Assembly: GCA_963706445.1 (NCBI GenBank)
Contig: OY970160.1
Coordinates: 1,753,758 to 1,817,757, forward strand
Direction: 5' to 3'
Length of the DNA stretch: 64,000 nt
Origin: an uncultured Nitrososphaerales archaeon
Lineage (GTDB): Archaea; Thermoproteota; Nitrososphaeria; Nitrososphaerales; Gagatemarchaeaceae
Positions within the stretch are counted from its first letter, which is position 1. Each line of letters begins with the position of its first letter. This document shows, piece by piece, positions 11,001-18,360 of this stretch. The position numbers and the translations under genes are program-made. The notes beneath the pieces are model-generated. The model saw only the letters and a list, made by a program, of their open reading frames with translations. It was not told the origin of the DNA and did no database searches.

Positions 11001-11536
11001 AGGTCGGCGATGACCAGAGAAAACGCGGCTTCGGTCCCGCCCGCGGAGCGCATGGGACCAGCGTAGGCGACCGAGACATAATCCGAGTTGTCGTCGTTCT
11101 GTTTGATTTCAACCCTCGAAATTCCCTCGAGGGGGGCCACGGTGACCCCGTCGGTCATGACCGCCAGTCCGGCCCTGACCCCATAGTTTAGGGCCTCGTG
11201 CCTTTCTAGGGATCCGAACCTGCCGAGGGCTATCTCCTGGGATATTGAGAGTGCGGCCCGTTCCTTGGACGTCGTGTGGAGCAGCTCCCTGAGCCTGTCG
11301 ACGAGGCCCTCGAACTGGTCGAGTCGGAGCATCTTGTTGACCCTGTCGGCGAGGTCGAAGACGGTCTGGCTCTCGACGGTCTCCTTCGGATCGAAACCCT
11401 TCGACCTTGCTTCCGTGGCTAGGGTGTACGCGGCTTCGTATTGCGATAGTATGTCATGGTAGTAAGGCTCCAACCTTGGAGGGAAAGGGGCGAGAGTCTT
11501 GACGCGCTCCCATGCGAGGTCGGCAGAGAAGGACAA
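8072..11536 (-). CDS. polC: DNA polymerase D large subunit DP2, no intein
   Basis: GPMRSAGGT, GFRLRYGR, RVGRPEKA, KRRDCDGDGD catalytic motif, Zn fingers. Confidence 0.97.
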   Translation of the reverse strand: MSFSADLAWERVKTLAPFPPRLEPYYHDILSQYEAAYTLATEARSKGFDPKETVESQTVFDLADRVNKMLRLDQFEGLVDRLRELLHTTSKERAALSISQEIALGRFGSLERHEALNYGVRAGLAVMTDGVTVAPLEGISRVEIKQNDDNSDYVSVAYAGPMRSAGGTEAAFSLVIADLTAKKLGLGNYRARGEEIARFAEELRIYEREVGNFQYKVTDDDIKRAISNIPVEIDGIETDPIEVVVHRNLKRVSTDRLRGGALRVLNDGVIGRANKLSKKLASLNITGWEFLDQLKGGTQQSTNETEKAGAHFEEVISGRAVLSMPRSKGGFRLRYGRSMNTGLSTIGIHPAVAILLDYPVVTGTQVKVDLPGKAATIAFVDSIEGPTILTKDGSVVKVSTVAQAEEMHGVLGKIIDLGDVLISYGDFLENNKALPPSPYVAEWWLQDFGRALNSVPGALDMLALAGVSRERANQLQSFATTVPSAAEAISISQTLGIPLHPVHTPRFDRVGSSDLAELRKYSLLEGSDVIVNANIPQIRWILNTCLIEHRIEGDVAVVSGDRALVLGALLRLKEPELVIPSEEPEYIKRLSGIQLGRQSTTTIGIRVGRPEKAMVRRMKPPVHTLFPVGKEGGAMRDISAAAKAGRVEMEVVNLYCTNCNMRRTSPKCEVCGGPTTSFRACPRCGATTQDYACPSCRTKTVNFSKMDFDFRSRLEAIRAKIPYNPNKPVKGVRGLTSASKQPEALEKGIIRSRHDTYVYKDGTMRIDATNEPLTHFRPRDVKSDTGTLVRLGYSHDKDGVPLERDDQVLELKPQDVIIPADIGKDLVRMAQCVDDELKSLYGLPPFYNANEPSDLLGRLVIGLAPHTSVGVGGRIVGFSATQVCFANPYWHSAKRRDCDGDGDSILLLMDTFLNFSLEYVPAQIGGYMDTPLLIQPVILPSEVDEQAHNFDIATSYPLEFYEKTQSAPPASSVVDLIETIGSRLEKDTQFYGYGYTHGTSALTVKRSRGSYSTLRTLNEKISKQIEVASLIEAVSTRGVVESIIKTHLIRDIMGNAKKYATQAFKCKGCGMTLRRPPLSWKCPNCGSEIRGTLTRASVEKYLYIAQKLARDYDVDPYLKSRLDMLQRELDQLFQGPRKADQLELTDFLKPTLAE

Positions 11537-11563
11537 ACCTTCGCGTTCGGTTGGGAGAGGGAA

Positions 11564-12799
11564 TTAAGCACTACCTATCGTCGGCTCGTCCCGTTTTCGT
11601 TTTAGGTTCCTCATGACGAACAGGTAGAAGACGACGGCCAGAGGAATCCACATCAGGGCTTCATAGTAACCCGCGTAGATTCCGATTGTTTCGATCAAAC
11701 CTGCGACCAGCAGGATCAGCGCGACCCAGGCCATTGCGAGGACGAGTTTGGTCGAGCCGCGGTTGAGCCTTCGGGCGAAGGCATCAGGCGCGACGGTCCG
11801 CCACCTGGTTACCGCCAGGATTCCGGCCACGGCGGCGATTGGGTAGGCCGATTCTTCTATCCATGTATGAGGAAGGAGGTAGAGTGCGATGAGCACAAAG
11901 GAGGGCGAGACAGGATATGGCGTTGCGTTCATTGCTATGACTTGGATCACTCGGCCCGTGTTGTAGCTTGCCAACCCGAAGGCGAAGGTCCCGAAGAATG
12001 GGATGGCGCCTCCCCAGGCAACCTGTATGTTGTTCACGAAGATGTCCCGAAAATCTCCGATGAATGTCCCTCCTACCACCTGGGATTGCGTGTTGTTCAG
12101 AATGGTCGTGTACGTCTGTGCTTCGCCGGGGAAGAAAGGCAGGGTCGCGGCGAGGATTAGGATAGCTTGACTGGTGGCAAAAAGCAGGAGCGCGAGTGTG
12201 GAGAACTTCGTCAGGTACGGCGGAATCCTCGGCGGCCTCCACGAATACCGGACGCCCCAGGAAGCGATGCTCTGTTCCACGAGCGGCGCGTCCTTCTGGT
12301 TGAAAGTCACCGATGCCTTCCGCTTAGGGTTGACGGTCGAGAACCATAGGGTCCTTCCGTTCCAGTCTGCCATCCTTATTGAGCGCCAGCCGATTCGCCA
12401 GGACCGATGGTTGCTGTCAATGGTGCCGAGTTGGTTTCTTTGGATTTTCTGCAGGCCGCGCCATTTCAGTTCGTCATACAGGACGAGGGACGCGGCAATC
12501 CAGACGGTGATGTAGACGGCGAGGGCGCCCGCTTGAATCACGTAGTAAAGAATTGTAATTGGAATCGGCGGCAGAACGAAAGCGAGAAAGAGCCAGATGT
12601 CTGACTGAATCTGGGCGCCGGAGAGTCCGTCCTGAGTGAGATACACGACCGAGTTGCGGCCAAGACCCATAATCCCAGTGGTCGCCCATGGAGCGGCCGG
12701 CTGATTGGTCTGCAGGCGGGGCCTCGTGTCGAACCCGCATGACAGGCAAAAGTTGTCGGTCGGAAGGACCTCCTTCCCACAACTGGTGCAGAACGGCAT
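11564..12799 (-). CDS. Zinc-ribbon plus SpoIIM-like membrane protein
   Basis: N-terminal CxxC..CxxC; IF.NN, LPH..IE and AGLIE motifs of SpoIIM family. Confidence 0.75.
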   Translation of the reverse strand: MPFCTSCGKEVLPTDNFCLSCGFDTRPRLQTNQPAAPWATTGIMGLGRNSVVYLTQDGLSGAQIQSDIWLFLAFVLPPIPITILYYVIQAGALAVYITVWIAASLVLYDELKWRGLQKIQRNQLGTIDSNHRSWRIGWRSIRMADWNGRTLWFSTVNPKRKASVTFNQKDAPLVEQSIASWGVRYSWRPPRIPPYLTKFSTLALLLFATSQAILILAATLPFFPGEAQTYTTILNNTQSQVVGGTFIGDFRDIFVNNIQVAWGGAIPFFGTFAFGLASYNTGRVIQVIAMNATPYPVSPSFVLIALYLLPHTWIEESAYPIAAVAGILAVTRWRTVAPDAFARRLNRGSTKLVLAMAWVALILLVAGLIETIGIYAGYYEALMWIPLAVVFYLFVMRNLKRKRDEPTIGSA

Positions 12800-12865
12800 A
12801 GTGGGGTTCTGTTGCGTCGGTTTGTCTTTTATCCGCTTTGGCGGATTTCTACTATCCGAAGTGGG

Positions 12866-13663
12866 TCAGCTTTTCAGAGAGTTGGTAATCTGCTTGAGGA
12901 TTTTCTCGAAGCCGGACGTTTGAAGCAGGTTTCCAATCACGAGTATGTCGGCGCCTGCCTTGGCCGCTTTGCTCGCGATCTCGGGTGCTGTGATGCCACC
13001 GCCGACGATTACTAGTCCGTCATAGACTCGCCTCACGGCTCTGATTGTTTCTGGAGGAATGGGGTCGCCCGAGCCACTGCCCGCCTCCAGATAGATGGTT
13101 CTCATTCCGAGATATTTGGCGGCCAGAGCGTAGATCACTGCTAAGTTTGGCTTCGACGGCGGGATGCTGTTGACTTGGCCAATGAAACTGGTCGCGCTGC
13201 CGTTTCCGAAGACGAGGTAAGCCATCGGGACACTTTCGATCTTGCTCTTGTAGACCTCGATTGCTCCGAGGGCCTGGGCCCCTATGATGAAATAGGGATT
13301 TGTCGAGTTGAGAAGCGAACTGAAGAGGATGGCGTCGGCGAAGCGTGAGACGCCTGTGATATTCCCAGGGAAAAGAACCACGGGGACTTCTTGTGATTTG
13401 CTGTGACCAGATTGTGACCTAATATGATTCTTTACGGCTCTAACAACAGCGTCGAGCTTCCTTTGATTAGCCAAGGTGGATCCCCCAACTAGAATCAGCG
13501 AGGCCCCCGCCTGAACGGCTTTGGCCGCTGTGTCAGCGGCTTGCTTTGGAGAGAAGTCTTCCGGGTCGATCAGGGCGGCACAGATGGGGCCCTTCTTGGT
13601 CCTTTCATTGAGGTGTTTTTCGACTGGGCCGACTGCTATCAAATCATGCCCCGACTTTGGCAT
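12866..13663 (-). CDS. Geranylgeranylglyceryl phosphate synthase
   Basis: LIDPE, ILVGGST, LFPG, SLLNS, YLEAGSG, VGGGI motifs. Confidence 0.95.
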   Translation of the reverse strand: MPKSGHDLIAVGPVEKHLNERTKKGPICAALIDPEDFSPKQAADTAAKAVQAGASLILVGGSTLANQRKLDAVVRAVKNHIRSQSGHSKSQEVPVVLFPGNITGVSRFADAILFSSLLNSTNPYFIIGAQALGAIEVYKSKIESVPMAYLVFGNGSATSFIGQVNSIPPSKPNLAVIYALAAKYLGMRTIYLEAGSGSGDPIPPETIRAVRRVYDGLVIVGGGITAPEIASKAAKAGADILVIGNLLQTSGFEKILKQITNSLKS

Positions 13664-13904
13664 AATCGTCGACGAAGGTGTTGTAGACGTCTATGTCGGC
13701 CCGCTTGGTCGCGTACCGCATCTCTCTACCAGCATGGAGTGGACAGTTCGGGTTCCCACATGTGACTCGGAAGATGGTGTCTTGTGATGCCTCGTCCTGG
13801 TCAGATGTGATACGTATCGAGATCAAGCCACAGCGGGGACATGCAAAGACCTTTGGCAGCGTCCGGTGGACTACTCGAAGAGTTTTCTTACGTCTCCTAC
13901 CCAT
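13644..13904 (-). CDS. elf1: Transcription elongation factor Elf1
   Basis: MGRRRKK, LPKVFACPRCG, second Cys pair, IDVYNTFVD. Confidence 0.9.
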   Translation of the reverse strand: MGRRRKKTLRVVHRTLPKVFACPRCGLISIRITSDQDEASQDTIFRVTCGNPNCPLHAGREMRYATKRADIDVYNTFVDDYAKVGA

Positions 13905-14088
13905 CCTGTCTCGCCCGTTCGTCTGTTATCTGAACTAAATAAAGAGCGTCTCATGTAGCACTTTAGTCAATTCTGAGGATTTTGGTTATTTCGATTTAAA
14001 ATCACCGAATACTGATATTCTCTAACTGGTTCTTCGTATATATTGTAAAACAACTAGTGGTAACTCTTAATACAATATTGGCTCAACG

Positions 14089-14478
14089 ATGCCTGCTTTG
14101 AGCTTCCTCCAGAGACTTGTCAAACAGTCGTCGCTGACTCCGCGTCAGCTCGAGTCGTTATCTGCCTACATCAGGGTCGCGTCAGGTGAACTCAAGCTGA
14201 AAGAGGCAGCTTCAATCGCGTCTCAAGGAAAGACCAAAGGGACCAAGGAGAGACCACTTAGCATTGGATCATACTACCGGACGGTTTCCCAGGCTAGGTC
14301 AAACGTCAAGGAGGCCCTGGTTACCGTGGTCATTGCCATCTGGCTAGGACTGATCAAGAGTGAAGACGCCAGGCGCCTGTTCGAATTGGTGGGGGGTGGA
14401 GCGCGAGAGTTGTCGGATGAGGAGGCAGAGAGGTTCTTGCAACTCCTAGATGCTCTTGTACGCCGTATCGTAGTGTGA
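14089..14478 (+). CDS. Uncharacterised HTH protein
   Basis: SSLTPRQLE and SIGSYYRTVSQAR resemble a sigma4/LuxR-like HTH; AT-rich upstream region. Confidence 0.7.
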   Translation: MPALSFLQRLVKQSSLTPRQLESLSAYIRVASGELKLKEAASIASQGKTKGTKERPLSIGSYYRTVSQARSNVKEALVTVVIAIWLGLIKSEDARRLFELVGGGARELSDEEAERFLQLLDALVRRIVV

Positions 14479-14506
14479 CTGCATCACACTTATATCACGT
14501 TCTTGT

Positions 14507-15148
14507 GTGACCCGACGACAGATGATGCTGGCGGACGATTTGGTCACAGTTGCTCTCCTAGCGTCGGCCGCATTCTTCGTCGCTCTTTCTTTTGGGCTGA
14601 TGCTGAGATATAGGCAAGTCTCCCAGAGGATTACGACGTCCTCTGATCTTGGTCGGGACCTCTGGCAGGCGCTAGAGCAGAGAATGAGAAAACAGGACGA
14701 GCGCATCCTTGACATGATGGGTCGTCTGGAGGTAGTCCAGTCTCGGGTTATGGCGGCAGCGGTGGTGCAGGCCTCGGTCTCCGTCTCGCCTTCTCCTCCG
14801 GTCGTGCCTCGGTCCGTGGTTGAGGAAGAGGTGCACAGAGATGTGATGCCACAGGAAGCGGCTGTGGTCCAGCAAGAGTCACAGGCATCACGTGCAGAAT
14901 CACGTGAATCACAGGCGTTCCGAGATGGAATCCAATTGGATGAGACAAGGATGAAGGCGATTAAGTTGCTTGGTGCGAGTCCCAAGAACACGCGTCAGAT
15001 TACAGATGCGCTTGGTATGTCGCGGGAGCACACCGCGCGTATGATGAAAGAGTTGTTCGGCCTTGGCCTTGTGAAGCGGAATGATTCGACCAAACCTTTC
15101 GTCTACCAGCTAACCGATGAAGGGGATCGGTTATTGTCCGTGTCCTAA
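14507..15148 (+). CDS. Membrane-anchored coiled-coil plus C-terminal winged-helix protein
   Basis: N-terminal TM, heptad region, low-complexity linker, SREHTARMMKELF..GLV.R...KPFVYQLT winged helix. Confidence 0.8.
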   Translation: MTRRQMMLADDLVTVALLASAAFFVALSFGLMLRYRQVSQRITTSSDLGRDLWQALEQRMRKQDERILDMMGRLEVVQSRVMAAAVVQASVSVSPSPPVVPRSVVEEEVHRDVMPQEAAVVQQESQASRAESRESQAFRDGIQLDETRMKAIKLLGASPKNTRQITDALGMSREHTARMMKELFGLGLVKRNDSTKPFVYQLTDEGDRLLSVS

Positions 15149-15183
15149 GAGATTGTCTTTGCAGTTTGCCGCCCAAGATCAGG

Positions 15184-15552
15184 CTATGGTGGCCCTGCCA
15201 CATTGACCACTTGTGGTCCCTTGCCGAGAAAGATATTGATGATTAATGCTTCTTCTCTGTCGGGGTTCTCGTCGCGGTGAACTAGGCCAACGGGGATGTG
15301 GAAGAAGTCTCCCGCCTTCGTCTCGATGTGTCCCTTCCCACCCTCCCCAAAATCGAATAGGAGCCGGCCTGCCAGAACGAAGCCGTAGACCTCCTTTTCC
15401 CCGTGGTGATGCCACCCCGATTTGTTCCCGCCTGCAATTCGAGAGCGCGGGAAAAGGACATCCCCTTTCTCGAATGCGACGTCTCTTGTAATGCCTTCTG
15501 TGATTCCGCCCCTCTTCATTTCGTCGATTCTGATGGCTTCGATTGCGCTCAT
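15184..15552 (-). CDS. Cupin-domain protein
   Basis: GWHHHGE..E motif 1 and GDFFHIP.GLVH motif 2. Confidence 0.88.
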   Translation of the reverse strand: MSAIEAIRIDEMKRGGITEGITRDVAFEKGDVLFPRSRIAGGNKSGWHHHGEKEVYGFVLAGRLLFDFGEGGKGHIETKAGDFFHIPVGLVHRDENPDREEALIINIFLGKGPQVVNVAGPP

Positions 15553-15643
15553 GGTCCTGGAGCCTGGTGCTCGGTATATAGCCATGGGAATCGGTGGTGC
15601 CTAGGGCCAAATGGATATGTAATGCTGCGGGGGCGCCCAGCAT

Positions 15644-16549
15644 GTGTCCTCCGGTACAAGCATAACTCAAGAGTTGGGTCTGGGCGATGTGATTTCGAGG
15701 ACCTTCGAGCTCTACCGGCGGAACTTTGCGAAATACTTCGTCCTATTCGTTGTTGTTGAGGCAATAATCGGCGTCGTCAGCACCCTCGCAAGGGGGGCTT
15801 TTCCTCTTCCTACGCTGCCTGCCAATCCGACGAATCAGCAGGTCATCGATTGGGCGCCCGGTTTCTTCGGTACTCTGGTCGTGTATGTGGGCATAATCGG
15901 AATTGTGTCTTTGGTCGTTGGTACTATTGCTGCTGCTGGTACGATAAGGATGGCGTCGGAAGAGATCGAGGGCAGGCCAATCGGGCTTGGAGAAGCAGTC
16001 TCTTTTGCTGTTCGCAAGATGGTTTGGGTCTGGGTTCTTGGGTTAGTTGTTGGAATAATCGTTGGCCTGGGTTTGATTGCGCTGGTTGTCCCAGGGATAA
16101 TACTAGCCATCATGTTCTCAATGGCTCTGCCGTCTCTTCTCATAGAAAATACTGGGATCCTAGGGAGTATGAGTAGGAGCCGCGAGCTGGTGGGGCACAG
16201 GTGGGGGAAGACCTTCGCTACTTTCCTAGTCCTCGGCATAATAGTAGTGGTAATTGCCATAGTTCTCAGTCTGGTAGCCGCGGCTTTCGGGAGCGCCAGC
16301 ACGCTGGTCAGCGATGTTCTGTCGGCGTTCTACCAGCCGATTCTCCCTGTAGCTTCGGTGGTCTACTTCTACTCCAACAGGGCAAGGATAACCCCGACTC
16401 AGGCCGGGATGGGCGTGGGTCAGGGACCGGTGGGCCCCACAGCGATGCCAGCCCTTGGGATGAAGTTCTGTCCGAACTGTGGGACCCAGTTGGTCTCTTC
16501 GGCGACCTTCTGCTCGATGTGTGGAGCTAAGCAGCCGGTCCAGACCTGA
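15644..16549 (+). CDS. Multi-TM membrane protein with C-terminal zinc ribbon
   Basis: About 6 TM, S..RS.ELV.G.W motif, FCPNCG..FCSMCG. Confidence 0.8.
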   Translation: MSSGTSITQELGLGDVISRTFELYRRNFAKYFVLFVVVEAIIGVVSTLARGAFPLPTLPANPTNQQVIDWAPGFFGTLVVYVGIIGIVSLVVGTIAAAGTIRMASEEIEGRPIGLGEAVSFAVRKMVWVWVLGLVVGIIVGLGLIALVVPGIILAIMFSMALPSLLIENTGILGSMSRSRELVGHRWGKTFATFLVLGIIVVVIAIVLSLVAAAFGSASTLVSDVLSAFYQPILPVASVVYFYSNRARITPTQAGMGVGQGPVGPTAMPALGMKFCPNCGTQLVSSATFCSMCGAKQPVQT

Positions 16550-16554
16550 GGTTG

Positions 16555-17145
16555 TTAGTCGCCGGTTCTGGAAAGTAGTTTCTCCTTCACTTCCGGCCAC
16601 TTGCTTGCTATGATCGAGTAGACCATCGAGTCGCGGAGTGTGCCGTCCGGTCTAATCTTGTCGCTTCTCAGCTTCCCCTCGAGCTTGGCTCCCAGCTTAG
16701 CGATGGCTCGCTGAGAGTGGAGGTTGTTCGAGTCTGTGGTGAACTGGACCCTGACCGCGCCCCAGTCTTCGAAGGCGTGTTTGAGGAGGAGGTACTTGCA
16801 TTCCGGGTTGACATTGGTCCCCTGAACTTTTGAAGCATACCACGTCGAACCGATTTCCAGGTGTTTGTGTTCAGGTGCGATTTGGAAGTAAGAGGTGCTC
16901 CCAACGACCAAGCCGTCCTGTTTTGTCCGCACTACGAACGCGTAGCCCTCGCCCCTCTCCTCGGCTTTGAGCCCGTATTCGATCCGCCTCTCGACGTCCT
17001 CCTTGGTGCGAAGAGGCTTGAGGAACCAGCCCCAGTCGAGCTGCTGCGCGGCAGAGTAAAGGGCGTCGGCGTGTTCCTTTCTTAGGGGCTCAAGGCGCAC
17101 TACGTTCCCTTCAAGGACACATGGACCTAGTTCCGTTGCTGACAC
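16555..17145 (-). CDS. GNAT acetyltransferase, RimJ/RimL type
   Basis: VRLEPL, LEIGSTW, N..SQRAI.KLG...EG.LR; start set at GTG 17145. Confidence 0.9.
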   Translation of the reverse strand: MSATELGPCVLEGNVVRLEPLRKEHADALYSAAQQLDWGWFLKPLRTKEDVERRIEYGLKAEERGEGYAFVVRTKQDGLVVGSTSYFQIAPEHKHLEIGSTWYASKVQGTNVNPECKYLLLKHAFEDWGAVRVQFTTDSNNLHSQRAIAKLGAKLEGKLRSDKIRPDGTLRDSMVYSIIASKWPEVKEKLLSRTGD

Positions 17146-17327
17146 CCTCCCACCCCCGCTTTTCCTTTCTTTCCACTCCAAGAAGCTCCCATAGGTAGAA
17201 CAATCTTACGTAAGTAAAGAAGCCCGTTCTCGGTATGCAGTCTTTGGTGGATATGCCTTGGGGTCTAGAAGCGGGCTCCTTTTGTTGGTGATCGGTGCGG
17301 GCCAAGCACGATCAAACGGGGAAACCG

Positions 17328-17483
17328 ACTCCAGTGGAAAGGGTGGGGTGGGGGTGAGAAGTGAACACAGGTGAAGGGCAACCAGGTCCAGGCGGCTACT
17401 GCACCCCTGTGTTTCCACTGGAACCTGTCCAGGCCCTAATGCCGTGAAGCGCCAGAATCCAACCCCTTTGTTTCCATTGGAAC
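17328..17483. other. Probable replication origin oriC with three ORB boxes
   Basis: ORB1 (+) ACTCCAGTGGAAAGGGTGGGGTGGGGG 17328-17354; ORB2 (-) GTTCCAGTGGAAACACAGGGG 17404-17424; ORB3 (-) GTTCCAATGGAAACAAAGGGG 17463-17483; match the Orc1/Cdc6 ORB consensus with G-strings; intergenic; near DP2, cdc6 and DP1. Confidence 0.88.
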
Positions 17484-17637
17484 CCATCCAACGCCCGCCG
17501 TAATCACCATGTTGTGAACTTCAGTGAACAGCCACGCCGCTATCAATCCGTTGTCAAACTATCTGATACCACAGTTCACAAGTTCACACCAGACACGGCT
17601 TTATCGGGGCTGGCGGCCACGGGCGGGGGCCACAGCC

Positions 17638-18036
17638 TTGCGCAAACGGATTAGAATCGAGCTGGAGGACGAGGAAGGGACGAAGTACACACTCGCGCTC
17701 GAAGGCGTCGTCTCCAGGGACAAACTCATGAAGGCCATGGACATGCTGGAAGTCATGGATGTCCCATTGGAGCACTCCCCCAAGGCCCCAGACCAGGGGA
17801 CCTTCTTTGGCAAAGTTCAAACGCTATTGGAAACCACGTTTGCAGCCGGCGATTTCTCGTCATCCGACGTCGCCCGCGAGTTCGAGGACAAGTATAGCCA
17901 GCCGGTGAAGCTGAGCACGATTTCCACCTACTTGGCCCGCCTGGCGGACAAGCAGTACATCAAGCGGGAGCGGTTCGGTAACTCCTGGGTATACCGAAGG
18001 GTCTACCTGAAGCCGACCCAAGTTGCTGAAAGGTAA
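17638..18036 (+). CDS. Origin-adjacent winged-helix protein
   Basis: TTG start 17638; FSSSDV..EFED.Y..PVKLSTISTYLARL...I.R.R.G..W.Y winged helix. Confidence 0.8.
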   Translation: MRKRIRIELEDEEGTKYTLALEGVVSRDKLMKAMDMLEVMDVPLEHSPKAPDQGTFFGKVQTLLETTFAAGDFSSSDVAREFEDKYSQPVKLSTISTYLARLADKQYIKRERFGNSWVYRRVYLKPTQVAER

Positions 18037-18087
18037 GTTTCCCCGAAACGGAGACCAACCCCCCCTAGATAGTTTTCATAGCCGCAG

Positions 18088-18360
18088 TCACTCTTTCTGA
18101 GGAACCAACGAATTGACCAGGGCGTAGGCCCTAATGAAATCATACGCCCTCGGGGTCATCATATAGCTGACCCCCTCCCCCGAACTCTGGGTCACGAGCA
18201 GGCCCGCCTTGATCAAGAGGCCGAGATACTTCTTCGTCCTGTCCATAGGGGTGTTCGAAGCATAGGAGATGTGGGTTATCCTGCCGGCCCCGCCATAGGA
18301 ATCGATGGCGTTGAGGATCGTGTTGTAGATGTCCAGTTTGGAGCGTTTGACTTTCCTCAT
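18088..18360 (-). CDS. Small winged-helix transcriptional regulator
   Basis: KRSKLDIY..IL, ITHI.Y.SN, YL..L...GLL, Y..TP pattern. Confidence 0.85.
   Translation of the reverse strand: MRKVKRSKLDIYNTILNAIDSYGGAGRITHISYASNTPMDRTKKYLGLLIKAGLLVTQSSGEGVSYMMTPRAYDFIRAYALVNSLVPQKE

Larger units (their letters stand above)
13355..14913. repeat. Dispersed TGTGAY/RTCACA motif cluster, candidate protein-binding array
   Basis: 14 exact copies at 13355, 13392, 13402, 13413, 13761, 13783, 13806, 14474, 14483, 14506, 14543, 14842, 14878, 14908, plus ATCACG variants; palindrome AGTGTGA-ctgca-TCACACT at 14472-14490. Confidence 0.7.

Noticed and set aside
13905-14088. AT-rich intergenic tract as the origin itself
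   Set aside because: No ORB boxes seen; explained as a divergent promoter region, though a role in unwinding is not excluded.
17150-17181. Fourth ORB-like sequence (GAGTGGAAAGAAAGG on the minus strand)
   Set aside because: Lacks the TCCA half of the dyad; too degenerate to call.
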